From assembly GCA_964525395.1 (NCBI GenBank), contig CAZGGU010000002.1, positions 30,263 to 94,262 of the forward strand: a stretch of DNA of 64,000 nt, written 5' to 3'. Under the pieces are notes generated by a model. That model did no database searches and was not told where the DNA came from. It saw only the letters and a program-made list of their open reading frames with translations. Positions 43,385 to 52,470 of the stretch are shown one piece after another. How positions within the stretch are numbered: the stretch's first letter is position 1; the number at the start of each line of letters is the position of its first letter. A program made the position numbers and the translations under genes. This DNA is from an uncultured Gammaproteobacteria bacterium (GTDB lineage: Bacteria > Patescibacteriota > Microgenomatia > Levybacterales > UBA12049).

Positions 43385-46167
43385 GGCTGAGGTTTTGGAC
43401 TGTTTTCATTTAGAACCAGAGGCCTGCAGAAATCTCTTCCTTCACTTCCTCTAACGAAGTATTCATTTTTACCCCCGCAAGACTTAGTGACTATATTTAC
43501 AGGAACTTCATATACCTCATCGCTTGGCTTGTCGCCGGCAAGCATGTTTTTCATAATTTTATTCCAAATTGGAGCTGCGCCAGTAATACCTGAAGCTAGG
43601 ATTGGATTCATTGGGGTATTATCATTATTTCCTACCCAGACAGCTACTAAATTACCTGGCGTGTAGCCTATGGTCCAGTTGTCTCTTTTGTTATCTGTCG
43701 TACCTGTTTTAACTGAAACAGTGTGCCCCGGGATGACTAAAGGTGAGTTAAGGCCAAACTCCATTGCGCGCGCTTGGTTGTCAGCTAAAATATTGGAAAT
43801 AATGTAAGCTACTTCAGCTGGAAGAACTTGTTTTTCTTTAACGTTTTTCTTTTCTTCAAGAACAGCTCCTTGATAGGTGGTTACTTTAAGAAGTGGGTTC
43901 AAATCTACTCTTTTACCACTGTTTGAAAGAGTCCCATAAACGGTAGCCATATCTGTCATTTTAGCTTCAGCCGCGCCTAAAGTTACGGCCAAGCCATATT
44001 GATCTGGATTTCCCCAAGATGATACACCCATATTTTCTGCGAGCCCAACCATATTAGCAATTCCTACTTGGTTAAGGGTTTTAACAGCTGGGATATTTAT
44101 TGAATTTCCAAGAGCGTAGCGAAGGCTTATGTTGCCTCTAAATCTTCCGTCATAATTTACTGGTGAGTAAGGTGGTGCTCCAGGAGAAGCGAATGAGACA
44201 GGGGTGTCAGGGATATTAGTCGCTGCAGTGTAGCCGTTCATTAATGCTGCGGAGTATGTAATGACTTTTACGGTGGAGCCTGGTTGACGAAGGGCAGTGG
44301 TTACATTGTAATTAGAATCAAAATAATCTTTTCCTCCAACCATAGCTAGGATATCTCCATTTTTAGGATTGGTTATTAACGCTCCTGCATTAGTGAAGTT
44401 AAGATACTTGCCGTTTTCAACCTCAGCACTAATAATATCCTGCGCCATCTCCTGCTTGTTAACATCAAGCGATGTGATAACGGTTAATCCGCCGCGCTCG
44501 ACCATATTAATTCCATATTTTTGAATAAGGAGATCTTTTACATACATGACGAAATGTGGTGCCTTAATAGCTTCCTGAGGAGGTTTGAAAGTTAGCTTTT
44601 CCTTATATGCTTTATCAGCCTCTTTCTGAGAAATATATTTAGCATTAACCATCTGGTCAAGAACTTGTTTTTGTCTATTTTTCCAAAGATTGTCATTTTG
44701 GTGAGGTGAATAAACACTTGGTGCTTGAGGCAAGCCTGCTAAGAAAGCTGACTCAGCTAGATCAATTTCAGATACACTTTTGCCAAAATATGTCTGTGCG
44801 GCTGCTTCTGCGCCCCAAGCAGTTCCACCGTAAGGAACTTGATTCAAATACATTTCTAAGATTTCGTCTTTCGTATAAATCCTGTTTGCCCAAACTGCTA
44901 AAACAATTTCTTTGACCTTGCGTTCAATTGAGCGCTCAGGTGTTAAGAGTCTTGCTTTAATAAGTTGCTGGGTAATAGTGGAGCCTCCCTGAAGCGGTTT
45001 TCCAGTAACGTCAGCATATGCGCTTCTGGCAATTCCTGTTACATCAAATCCAGGAGTTGTGTAAAAGTTTTTATCTTCAATCGCGATAGTCGCATTTTTT
45101 AAATTGTTGGGAACCTTGGAAAGAGGAACATTGGTTCTATTTTGATTTGCATAAATTTGATAAAGAAGAACTTTGTTTCTGTCATAAATTTTCGTTGTTT
45201 GGGAAACTTCTTGATTAGCTAGAGTATGTGGGTTTGGTAAGCTTTGGACAAATAAAAAGCCTGCCATTGGTAAAAAGAAAAAGAAAAATGAGAATGTTAC
45301 TCCAACAAAAAGATATTTAAATCTGGTGCCAAAAGGCACGCGAATAGGATTGATTCTTTTTCTACCGCGTTTGCCATGTCTTAGATGGGGAAGGGAGAGG
45401 CTTGGTAGCGAAGGCTTTGGAAGTTTTGGTTTTGGCAAAGAGATGCTTGGTAGAGCAATTTTAGGTAACGATATATTTGGCAAATTAACTTCTGGCATGG
45501 AGACAGACGGTTTTGAAATTGAAACACTTGGTAAGGCTGGTTTTGAAATTGTTGGTTTGGGAACGGAAATCGAAGGCAGTTCTGGTTTGGAGACTTTTGG
45601 TAAAGTTATTTGTGGCTTGTTGATTTTGGGCAAGCTAAACTTAGGTAAAGCTATTTTAGGAAAAGTGAATGTTGGGATTACAATCGTTGGCCGTTTTATA
45701 TTCGGTCGTTCGATCTTAGGAACGGGAATTCGAAGTTTATAGCTAGATTTTTCAATACTAAATTCAGGAACAATAAGTTTAAATTTAGGCTTAATCTTTT
45801 TAAGATTTATATTAAAACTAAGCTGAGGAATTTTAAGTTCTGGAGCTTTAACTCTAGGAAAATCAATAGAGAACTCAGGTTTTCTGAAGCTAATATTTGG
45901 TTTTTGGATATTGGGCTTGGAGAACTTTAATTTGTCGCTTAATTTATCAGACGAATATATTTCCGTTTCGACAACTTTTTCACTTTTTAGTATGTTGATA
46001 TTTTTTAGCCTATAAAAATCAGGAGTCTTAATGCTCGCTCTGTTTTTTGAAAATGAAATAACCCCCCTAAAAATTTTCGCGAAAAAGCCGAAGATGAGAA
46101 GAACTACATCTCCGATAAAAATCAATATTTTAGCTACGAAAACAACATAAAGTTGAAAGTATTTCAT
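43381..46167 (-). CDS. class A penicillin-binding protein (PBP1A: transglycosylase + transpeptidase) with long N-terminal cytoplasmic Pro/Lys/Ser repeat region
   Basis: GT51 motifs ...LQGGSTITQQL; transpeptidase SxxK GSTVKVI; N-terminal ~260 aa of (I/S)LPK(x)-type degenerate repeats encoded 45330-45760. Confidence 0.8.
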   Translation of the reverse strand: MKYFQLYVVFVAKILIFIGDVVLLIFGFFAKIFRGVISFSKNRASIKTPDFYRLKNINILKSEKVVETEIYSSDKLSDKLKFSKPNIQKPNISFRKPEFSIDFPRVKAPELKIPQLSFNINLKKIKPKFKLIVPEFSIEKSSYKLRIPVPKIERPNIKRPTIVIPTFTFPKIALPKFSLPKINKPQITLPKVSKPELPSISVPKPTISKPALPSVSISKPSVSMPEVNLPNISLPKIALPSISLPKPKLPKPSLPSLSLPHLRHGKRGRKRINPIRVPFGTRFKYLFVGVTFSFFFFFLPMAGFLFVQSLPNPHTLANQEVSQTTKIYDRNKVLLYQIYANQNRTNVPLSKVPNNLKNATIAIEDKNFYTTPGFDVTGIARSAYADVTGKPLQGGSTITQQLIKARLLTPERSIERKVKEIVLAVWANRIYTKDEILEMYLNQVPYGGTAWGAEAAAQTYFGKSVSEIDLAESAFLAGLPQAPSVYSPHQNDNLWKNRQKQVLDQMVNAKYISQKEADKAYKEKLTFKPPQEAIKAPHFVMYVKDLLIQKYGINMVERGGLTVITSLDVNKQEMAQDIISAEVENGKYLNFTNAGALITNPKNGDILAMVGGKDYFDSNYNVTTALRQPGSTVKVITYSAALMNGYTAATNIPDTPVSFASPGAPPYSPVNYDGRFRGNISLRYALGNSINIPAVKTLNQVGIANMVGLAENMGVSSWGNPDQYGLAVTLGAAEAKMTDMATVYGTLSNSGKRVDLNPLLKVTTYQGAVLEEKKNVKEKQVLPAEVAYIISNILADNQARAMEFGLNSPLVIPGHTVSVKTGTTDNKRDNWTIGYTPGNLVAVWVGNNDNTPMNPILASGITGAAPIWNKIMKNMLAGDKPSDEVYEVPVNIVTKSCGGKNEYFVRGSEGRDFCRPLVLNENSPKPQP

Positions 46168-46244
46168 ATTTTTAATGAGCAGGGGAAGATTACACGGAGA
46201 TTATACAAGATTGCGATTTTTTTGGGAAGAGGGGAGTTTAAAAT

Positions 46245-48410
46245 TTATTGTCCTGGAGTAGGTGAAGGAGTTGTGCTTGGATGAGGACAGTCTACGCAAT
46301 AACGGTCTCCTGTATCATCCGTCACGACATATTGTTCTTTAGCCTCTATATTATCGGTTTGGCCTGGTTTTGCAAGATCTTGGGTTGATTTGTCAATCCA
46401 AACGCTGGTTTTGCCTGGATCACGACGCTTTGGAAATTTATCTTTGATGAAATAATCTGAAGTAGTTTCGCATTGTGCGCCTGGAGCAGGAAATAATCCT
46501 GATTGTTTACAAACGCTAAGTTTTAGTACATTTTTAGGCTGAGTATAGGGCGTTGTTTTTTTACCGTCCAGCACAAAAGTCATAATATTATGCCAAATCG
46601 GAGAAGCTCCTGCGACACCGGAGGATACGCCAGACATCGGAGTATTATCATTATTTCCTACCCAGGATGCTACTAAATAATTTGGTGTGTATCCAAAAGT
46701 CCAGTTATCTTTATAGTCATTAGTAGTTCCAGTTTTAACTGAAACAGTTTGATCTCTAATTACTAAATCTGAATTTGCACCAAACCCTAGAAGTCTAGCT
46801 CGATTATCGGCAAGCATATCTGAAACGATAAATGCTACTTCTTCAGGTAGAATTTTTTTGCCAAAAATAGGTGATTTAACGTCTTTTTTCTCCAGGACTT
46901 TGCCTTTAGAATCTTTAACTTCTAAAATTGGATTAAGATCCACCCTATATCCTTTATTAGCAAACACGCCAAATGCTGTAGCCATATCTACCATTCTGAT
47001 CTCTCCTCCCCCTAGGGTTAGTGAGAGTCCATATCTTTCTGGATCGGTCAGAGTAGTGAGTCCCATTGCTGAAGCTGTAGCCATCATGTTTTCTATACCA
47101 TTTAATTTAAGCATTTTTACTGCTGGAATATTAAGAGAGGAGCCTAAAGAATCTCTCATAGAGACTACGCCATGAAATTTTCCATCATAATTTCTAGGAC
47201 AATAGCCTTTTCCTCCACCCTGAGGAAAGCAGATTTCTTTATCCACGAAAGTAGTGGCAGGACTGTAGCCATTTTGAATACCCACAGCATAATTAATTGG
47301 TTTGATTGATGAGCCCGGTTGGCGATGGGCTAGGGTGATATTTACGTTGCCATCAATTGAGTTATCGAAGTAATCTTTACTTCCTACCATGGCTAAAATA
47401 TCACCATTGGAGGGATTGGTAACTAGCGCAGCGCCATTGGAAACTCTCGCGAATTTTAACTTAGCTACTTCGGTAGCTACAGCTAGTTCTGCGAATTCTT
47501 GGATAGGCAAATCAAGTGTGGTTTTTACTTTAAATCCGCCTTCTTCCGTAAATTTTTTACCATATTTTTCAGTAAGCAGATCGCGAACATATAAAACGAA
47601 ATGTGGAGCCTTAATATTGTTAGAAATATTTTTGTATTTTAGTTTTTCAGCTTTAGCTTTTTTCTCCTGATCTGCGGTGATAAAGCCCTGTTCACGCATA
47701 GCTTTTAGCACTTGCTCTTGTCTCTCTTTGGCATATTCTGGATGAGATCCAAACGGAGAATAAAGAGATGGGCTCTGAGGAAGACCAGCCAGAAGAGCCG
47801 ATTCAGCTAGATCAAGTTCTTTGGCACTTTTTCCGAAATAAGTCTGTGCTGCAGCTTCAATTCCATAAGCAGTTCCGCCATAAGGAATTTGATTAAGATA
47901 AAGCTCAAGTATTTTATCTTTGGAGTACAAAGTTTCTGTGGCAAAAGCGAGAATGATTTCTTTCACTTTTCTTTTATATGTTTGCTCTGGGGTTAAAAGA
48001 CTACTTTTAATAAGCTGTTGCGTTAAAGTTGAACCCCCTTGAGTTGCTTTTCCGGTAACATTACCCACCAGAGCCCTCCCAATTCCCCTAAAGTCTATTG
48101 GCCCATGGTGATAAAAATCTTTATCTTCAATTGCGATAGTCGCATTTTGCACGTTTTTAGGAATATCCTTTAGAGGAATTTGAACTCTGTTTTTTTCTGA
48201 GTAAACATTATAAAGAAGCTTTCCGTTTCGATCATAAATTTGACTAGACTCAGGAATGTTGGTTGGATTATTAAGTCTAGTAGGTGAGGGAAGATCTTTA
48301 AGAATGAAAAGGTACATTGCGATGATGGCAACAATCATCAGCGCGATTAAGACAAAACCCAAATACTTTTTGCCACGAGTACTTTTCCACACTTTTTTAA
48401 CCTTTTTCAT
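46245..48410 (-). CDS. class A penicillin-binding protein (second paralog, no repeat extension)
   Basis: GT51 ...TQGGSTLTQQLIK; SxxK GSSIKPINYA. Confidence 0.8.
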   Translation of the reverse strand: MKKVKKVWKSTRGKKYLGFVLIALMIVAIIAMYLFILKDLPSPTRLNNPTNIPESSQIYDRNGKLLYNVYSEKNRVQIPLKDIPKNVQNATIAIEDKDFYHHGPIDFRGIGRALVGNVTGKATQGGSTLTQQLIKSSLLTPEQTYKRKVKEIILAFATETLYSKDKILELYLNQIPYGGTAYGIEAAAQTYFGKSAKELDLAESALLAGLPQSPSLYSPFGSHPEYAKERQEQVLKAMREQGFITADQEKKAKAEKLKYKNISNNIKAPHFVLYVRDLLTEKYGKKFTEEGGFKVKTTLDLPIQEFAELAVATEVAKLKFARVSNGAALVTNPSNGDILAMVGSKDYFDNSIDGNVNITLAHRQPGSSIKPINYAVGIQNGYSPATTFVDKEICFPQGGGKGYCPRNYDGKFHGVVSMRDSLGSSLNIPAVKMLKLNGIENMMATASAMGLTTLTDPERYGLSLTLGGGEIRMVDMATAFGVFANKGYRVDLNPILEVKDSKGKVLEKKDVKSPIFGKKILPEEVAFIVSDMLADNRARLLGFGANSDLVIRDQTVSVKTGTTNDYKDNWTFGYTPNYLVASWVGNNDNTPMSGVSSGVAGASPIWHNIMTFVLDGKKTTPYTQPKNVLKLSVCKQSGLFPAPGAQCETTSDYFIKDKFPKRRDPGKTSVWIDKSTQDLAKPGQTDNIEAKEQYVVTDDTGDRYCVDCPHPSTTPSPTPGQ

Positions 48411-48477
48411 CTAATTTTGATTATAACACCGTCTGAGTTTAGAAGACAAAACTATAACTATTATATATAATGAAGGA

Positions 48478-49503
48478 ATGTTTGAGCAGATTCCGCAGTT
48501 TTTCCAATTCTTAACTATTCCCTTTCAATATGTTAATTTTATCGACGTTGTAATAATTTTTGTCGTTCTTATTTTCGTGATCGAGGGTTATGCGCTAGGA
48601 TTTATTCGCGGAATTTTAGATTTTTTGAGTTTTGTTTTATCTTTTGCTTTTGCCTTGGCTTTTTATGATCTTTTTGGACAACTTTTAGTTAATGTTTTTT
48701 CTGCACCTAAAGGAATAGCAAATGCAATTGGATTCTTCTTGGCTGCAATTATCTGCGAAATTGTGGTGACTTTTGCTATTAGATATTTTCTTTTACCATT
48801 TATTCTAGATAGAACAGAGAATATAGATTACCCAAGAAATGCCGAGAAATGGCTAGGAGTAATTCCAGGCATTTTGTCTGCATTTGTTCTTCTGGCTTTT
48901 CTTTTAACATTATTAGTAGCTTTTCCATTTTCTCCATTCTTATCTACATCGATTGCTTCTTCACGTTTAGGAAATCCTTTAGTCTCCAATATTCAAGGCC
49001 TTGATAAAAATTTGAACAATGTGTTTGGGGGAGCAGTAAACGATGCGCTCACTTTTTTAACGGTTGAGCCAAAAAGCGAAGATTTACTTAAGCTTAATTT
49101 TTCAACTACCAACATCAAACCTAATCCAGAAGCAGAGGCTGAGATGTTTAATTTGCTTAATATTGAGCGAGAGAAGGCAGGGTTAGATAAGCTTGATATT
49201 AATGCTGCAGAGCTAGAAGTAGCGAGAAAACATTGTTCAGACATGTTCGTCCGCGGATATTTTTCTCACTATACGCCTGAAGGAAAATCTCCCTTTGATC
49301 GAATGGCAGAGGGAAATGTGAAGTTTACATATGCAGGTGAAAACCTAGCTTTAGCTCCGAATGCAAAGCTCGCCATGCAAGGACTTATGAATAGTCCAGG
49401 ACATAAAGCAAATATTCTATCGGAGAAGTTTGGAGAAGTTGGGATTGGCGTAATTGACGGTGGAGTTTACGGACAAATGTTTTGCCAGGAATTTAAAGAC
49501 TAA
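48478..49503 (+). CDS. CvpA-family membrane domain fused to C-terminal CAP (SCP/PR-1, YkwD-like) domain
   Basis: N-terminal 4 TM resembling CvpA; C-term YFSHYTPEGKSPFDRMAEG...SPGHKANIL...VGIGV CAP motifs. Confidence 0.5.
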   Translation: MFEQIPQFFQFLTIPFQYVNFIDVVIIFVVLIFVIEGYALGFIRGILDFLSFVLSFAFALAFYDLFGQLLVNVFSAPKGIANAIGFFLAAIICEIVVTFAIRYFLLPFILDRTENIDYPRNAEKWLGVIPGILSAFVLLAFLLTLLVAFPFSPFLSTSIASSRLGNPLVSNIQGLDKNLNNVFGGAVNDALTFLTVEPKSEDLLKLNFSTTNIKPNPEAEAEMFNLLNIEREKAGLDKLDINAAELEVARKHCSDMFVRGYFSHYTPEGKSPFDRMAEGNVKFTYAGENLALAPNAKLAMQGLMNSPGHKANILSEKFGEVGIGVIDGGVYGQMFCQEFKD

Positions 49504-49505
49504 TT

Positions 49506-50546
49506 ATGAATCCCCAGATTAAAAGTATTTCTGATGCTTCGGTTCGAGGAAAGAGAGTATTCGTTCGTTGTGACTTTGATATTTCAGTTGAGTCGGGAAA
49601 GATAATTGATGATTCACGTTTAGTTTCCGCTATTGGAACTATTGAATACCTACTCTCAGAAGGCGCAGAAGTTATAGCGGCTGGACATATGGGGCGCCCT
49701 GATGGATTTGAGTCTAGTTTGAGCTTGGCTCCAGTGGCGCAGTGGTTCGGTAAGCAGTTTGATAAAGAGATTGAGTCCTCTCAGCTTAGAGGTTTTGAAG
49801 GATGGCTTATCAAAGATGGGTTGATAATTCTAGAAAATCTCCGGTTTTATGCAGGTGAAGAGGAGAATGCTTTGGAATTTGCAGAGTCTCTAGCTAGTCT
49901 CGCAGATATTTATGTAAATGAAGCGTTTGGAGTGTGCCACAGAGAAAACTCTTCAATTGTTGGTGTTCCTAAATTACTTCCTCATTTCGCAGGCTTCCAT
50001 TTAATAAAAGAATTAAAAATTCTTTCTCAAATTTTGTACAAGCCCAAAAGACCACTAACCATTATAGTAGGAGGAGCTAAAATTGAGACTAAATTGCCCC
50101 TAATTTCTAAAATGCATCAGTTCGCGGATTTCGTTTTAGTGGGTGGTGAGCTAGCTGAAGAAACTAAAACCCTTGCTCATATGGAGCACGAGAAAATTAG
50201 GAGGAGGAGGGGAAAAATAATAGTTGCTGATTTGATCTCTTCTCAAAAAGATATTACAGATGGTTCGCTTAATGAATTTAAAAAAATAATAAATGAGAGC
50301 GAAATGGTAGTTTGGAACGGTCCGATGGGGGAAATAAATGATGGAAAAAATGGATCAAGTTTGAATTTGGCTGAAATAATTATTAATTCCACAGCATATT
50401 CAGTAGTTGGTGGCGGAGATACAGTAGGATTTTTGAATACTCATGGTTTGGTAGATAAATTTGATTTTGTTTCTGTAGGCGGTGGCGCAATGCTCGAATA
50501 TTTATCTGGAGAAAAATTACCTGGTTTAATTGCCTTGGAAAATTAG
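49506..50546 (+). CDS. pgk: phosphoglycerate kinase (short)
   Basis: KRVFVRCDFD...DDSRL...AAGHMGRPDG and C-terminal VGGGDTVGF..GGGAMLEYL motifs. Confidence 0.75.
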   Translation: MNPQIKSISDASVRGKRVFVRCDFDISVESGKIIDDSRLVSAIGTIEYLLSEGAEVIAAGHMGRPDGFESSLSLAPVAQWFGKQFDKEIESSQLRGFEGWLIKDGLIILENLRFYAGEEENALEFAESLASLADIYVNEAFGVCHRENSSIVGVPKLLPHFAGFHLIKELKILSQILYKPKRPLTIIVGGAKIETKLPLISKMHQFADFVLVGGELAEETKTLAHMEHEKIRRRRGKIIVADLISSQKDITDGSLNEFKKIINESEMVVWNGPMGEINDGKNGSSLNLAEIIINSTAYSVVGGGDTVGFLNTHGLVDKFDFVSVGGGAMLEYLSGEKLPGLIALEN

Positions 50547-50562
50547 GGGTTGATCAATAAAT

Positions 50563-51174
50563 TTGCCGTGTTATACTGTGAAAATGCCTAAGGATTTAGT
50601 TGGAATTAGAAATATTACAATCTCAGGACGTATTGCTACAGGTACCACCACACTCGCTAAAAATCTTGCAGAAAAACTCGACTGGGAACTTCTTGAAGGA
50701 GGAGAATTATTTAGAAAATTTCATGAAGAACAGCTTAACGATAAGACAGAGATAGCAGTAGACAAAAGACCGGATGATATTGATTTAGAATATGAAGAAA
50801 AAGTTAAAAATATTCTAAAAACACAGTCTCATCAGATAATTCAATCACATCTAGCAGGTTTTGATGCACAGGGAATAGATGGTGTTTATAAAATAGTTGT
50901 AATTTGTGAAGATGAAAATGGCACAGATAAAACAGATATAAGAATTGATCGGCTAGTTAACAGGATCGGAAGTAATGTTTCAGAAGCTAAGAGGGAGATT
51001 GCAGAGCGCGAAAAAAACAACTTAGATAAATGGAGGAGGCTTTATGCAGAAAACGACCCAAATTGGGTATACTGGGATCCTAAATATTATGATTTGGTAA
51101 TTAATACTTATTCCCATAATGCTGAGCAAAGCTTAAATTTGGTTATCGAAAAACTTGGAATTACATCTGCTTGA
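50563..51174 (+). CDS. cytidylate-kinase-like P-loop family protein with atypical P-loop (GRIATGTTT, no Lys)
   Basis: ITISGRIATGTTTLAKNLAEKL resembles (d)CMP kinase N-terminus but lacks the GK[ST] lysine. Confidence 0.35.
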   Translation: MPCYTVKMPKDLVGIRNITISGRIATGTTTLAKNLAEKLDWELLEGGELFRKFHEEQLNDKTEIAVDKRPDDIDLEYEEKVKNILKTQSHQIIQSHLAGFDAQGIDGVYKIVVICEDENGTDKTDIRIDRLVNRIGSNVSEAKREIAEREKNNLDKWRRLYAENDPNWVYWDPKYYDLVINTYSHNAEQSLNLVIEKLGITSA

Positions 51175-51776
51175 ATTTATTTTTCCTCGGTGATAGAGTA
51201 GGTAAGATTAATTTTATGAGAAAGACGTTAATATTGTTTATATTTTTCATATTGCTATTTTCAAGGAAAACCTATGCTCAGACCATCACTCTTCCGCTCC
51301 CTTCTCCAGAAATTTCCACTCCCAGCGCTCAGCCCACAGGTAGTAATTATTTCTTGCCTTATCCGGGGATTTTGCCAGGAAACCCTCTTTATAGCCTGAA
51401 GCTTTTTAGAGACAAAATAACAGAATTTACAACTCAAAAAACTCTTGATAAGTCGTATTTCTATCTTCTCCAGTCAGATAAAAGAATAGCTTCTGGTATG
51501 GTTTTGTTTGATTCTGGCGATCAGGTGAAGGGTGAAAATACTATTTCCAAAGGGCAAAATTATTTAGAAAAATCCATAAATAAAATGATCCAAGCAAGAA
51601 GCGAAGGAGATAGTGTTATGGATTTATCCGCAAAAATTAAAGCGTCATCTTTAAAACAAAAAGAAATAATAAAAAAGTTATTGGAGAAATCTAGTGGAGA
51701 AACTAAAGAAAAACTGAAAGAAGATTTAAAAAGAGCTGAAAAACTTCAGAAAAGAGCAGATGCGTTTAAACAGTAG
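51171..51776 (+). CDS. secreted hypothetical protein
   Basis: Signal peptide MRKTLILFIFFILLFSRKTYAQ; K/E-rich C-terminus. Confidence 0.35.
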   Translation: MNLFFLGDRVGKINFMRKTLILFIFFILLFSRKTYAQTITLPLPSPEISTPSAQPTGSNYFLPYPGILPGNPLYSLKLFRDKITEFTTQKTLDKSYFYLLQSDKRIASGMVLFDSGDQVKGENTISKGQNYLEKSINKMIQARSEGDSVMDLSAKIKASSLKQKEIIKKLLEKSSGETKEKLKEDLKRAEKLQKRADAFKQ

Positions 51777-51943
51777 AGCTAGTAATTATTAAGTTTTTGT
51801 ATAAATATTTTATTCGCCCCTTTCTAATTTGACTCAAATTTTTTACCCGATTTTTCACCAGTATTTTTCTAAATTTTGGTCATTGTGGAAAACGAGGCTA
51901 GTTTTTAAGTTGAGGTGATTTGATACAATTGTTAGTAGTTGAC

Positions 51944-51991
51944 ACCCCTGATTTAGTGCCATATGATCATTCATGCCACTAGATTTAGTGG
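51944..51991 (+). promoter_or_regulatory. pair of NrdR-box-like palindromes spaced 32 bp upstream of nrdR-nrdJ
   Basis: ccactaGATTtagtgg at 51976-51991 (6-bp arms cACTA/TAGTg) and related acccctgATTTAGTGc at 51944-51959; consensus acaCwAtATaTwGtgt. Confidence 0.45.
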
Positions 51992-52016
51992 TGAACTTTG
52001 AAAGCCAAATTGACCT

Positions 52017-52466
52017 ATGAAATGTCCATATTGCGGATCTAGAGATACAGAAGTAGTCGAAACTAGAGACTCTGAAGATTTAGAAACTATTAGAAGAAGA
52101 CGAAGCTGTACGAAATGCGAAAAAAGATTTACTACTTATGAAAGAGTAGAGAATGTTAATCTCGTTGTCATTAAAAAAGATGGTAGGCGAGAGCAATTTA
52201 GTCGCGATAAATTAAAGAATGGAATTTTAAGATCCTGCGAAAAAACTACAGTAACAGTTGACGACGTGGAGAGAATAGTAATAGAAGTTGAAAGAGAATT
52301 AAGGGGTGGAGATTCGGTTGAAGTAGAAAGCAAGAAGATTGGTCAGTTGGTGGCAACAAGACTTAAGAAGCTAGACAAAATAGCATATATACGTTTTTCT
52401 AGTGTGTTTAAAAGATTTGTTGATATCGAAGATTTCGAAAAAGAAGTAAAAAAACTTATTAATTAA
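52017..52466 (+). CDS. nrdR: transcriptional repressor NrdR
   Basis: N-terminal zinc ribbon MKCPYCGS...CTKCEKRFTTYE and ATP-cone. Confidence 0.9.
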   Translation: MKCPYCGSRDTEVVETRDSEDLETIRRRRSCTKCEKRFTTYERVENVNLVVIKKDGRREQFSRDKLKNGILRSCEKTTVTVDDVERIVIEVERELRGGDSVEVESKKIGQLVATRLKKLDKIAYIRFSSVFKRFVDIEDFEKEVKKLIN

Positions 52467-52470
52467 AATT

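Noticed and set aside
45326-45742. 138-aa + strand ORF made of LGK/FGK repeats
   Set aside because: It is the antisense image of the Pro/Lys repeat region of the minus-strand PBP1A gene. It lies entirely inside a gene with strong PBP homology.
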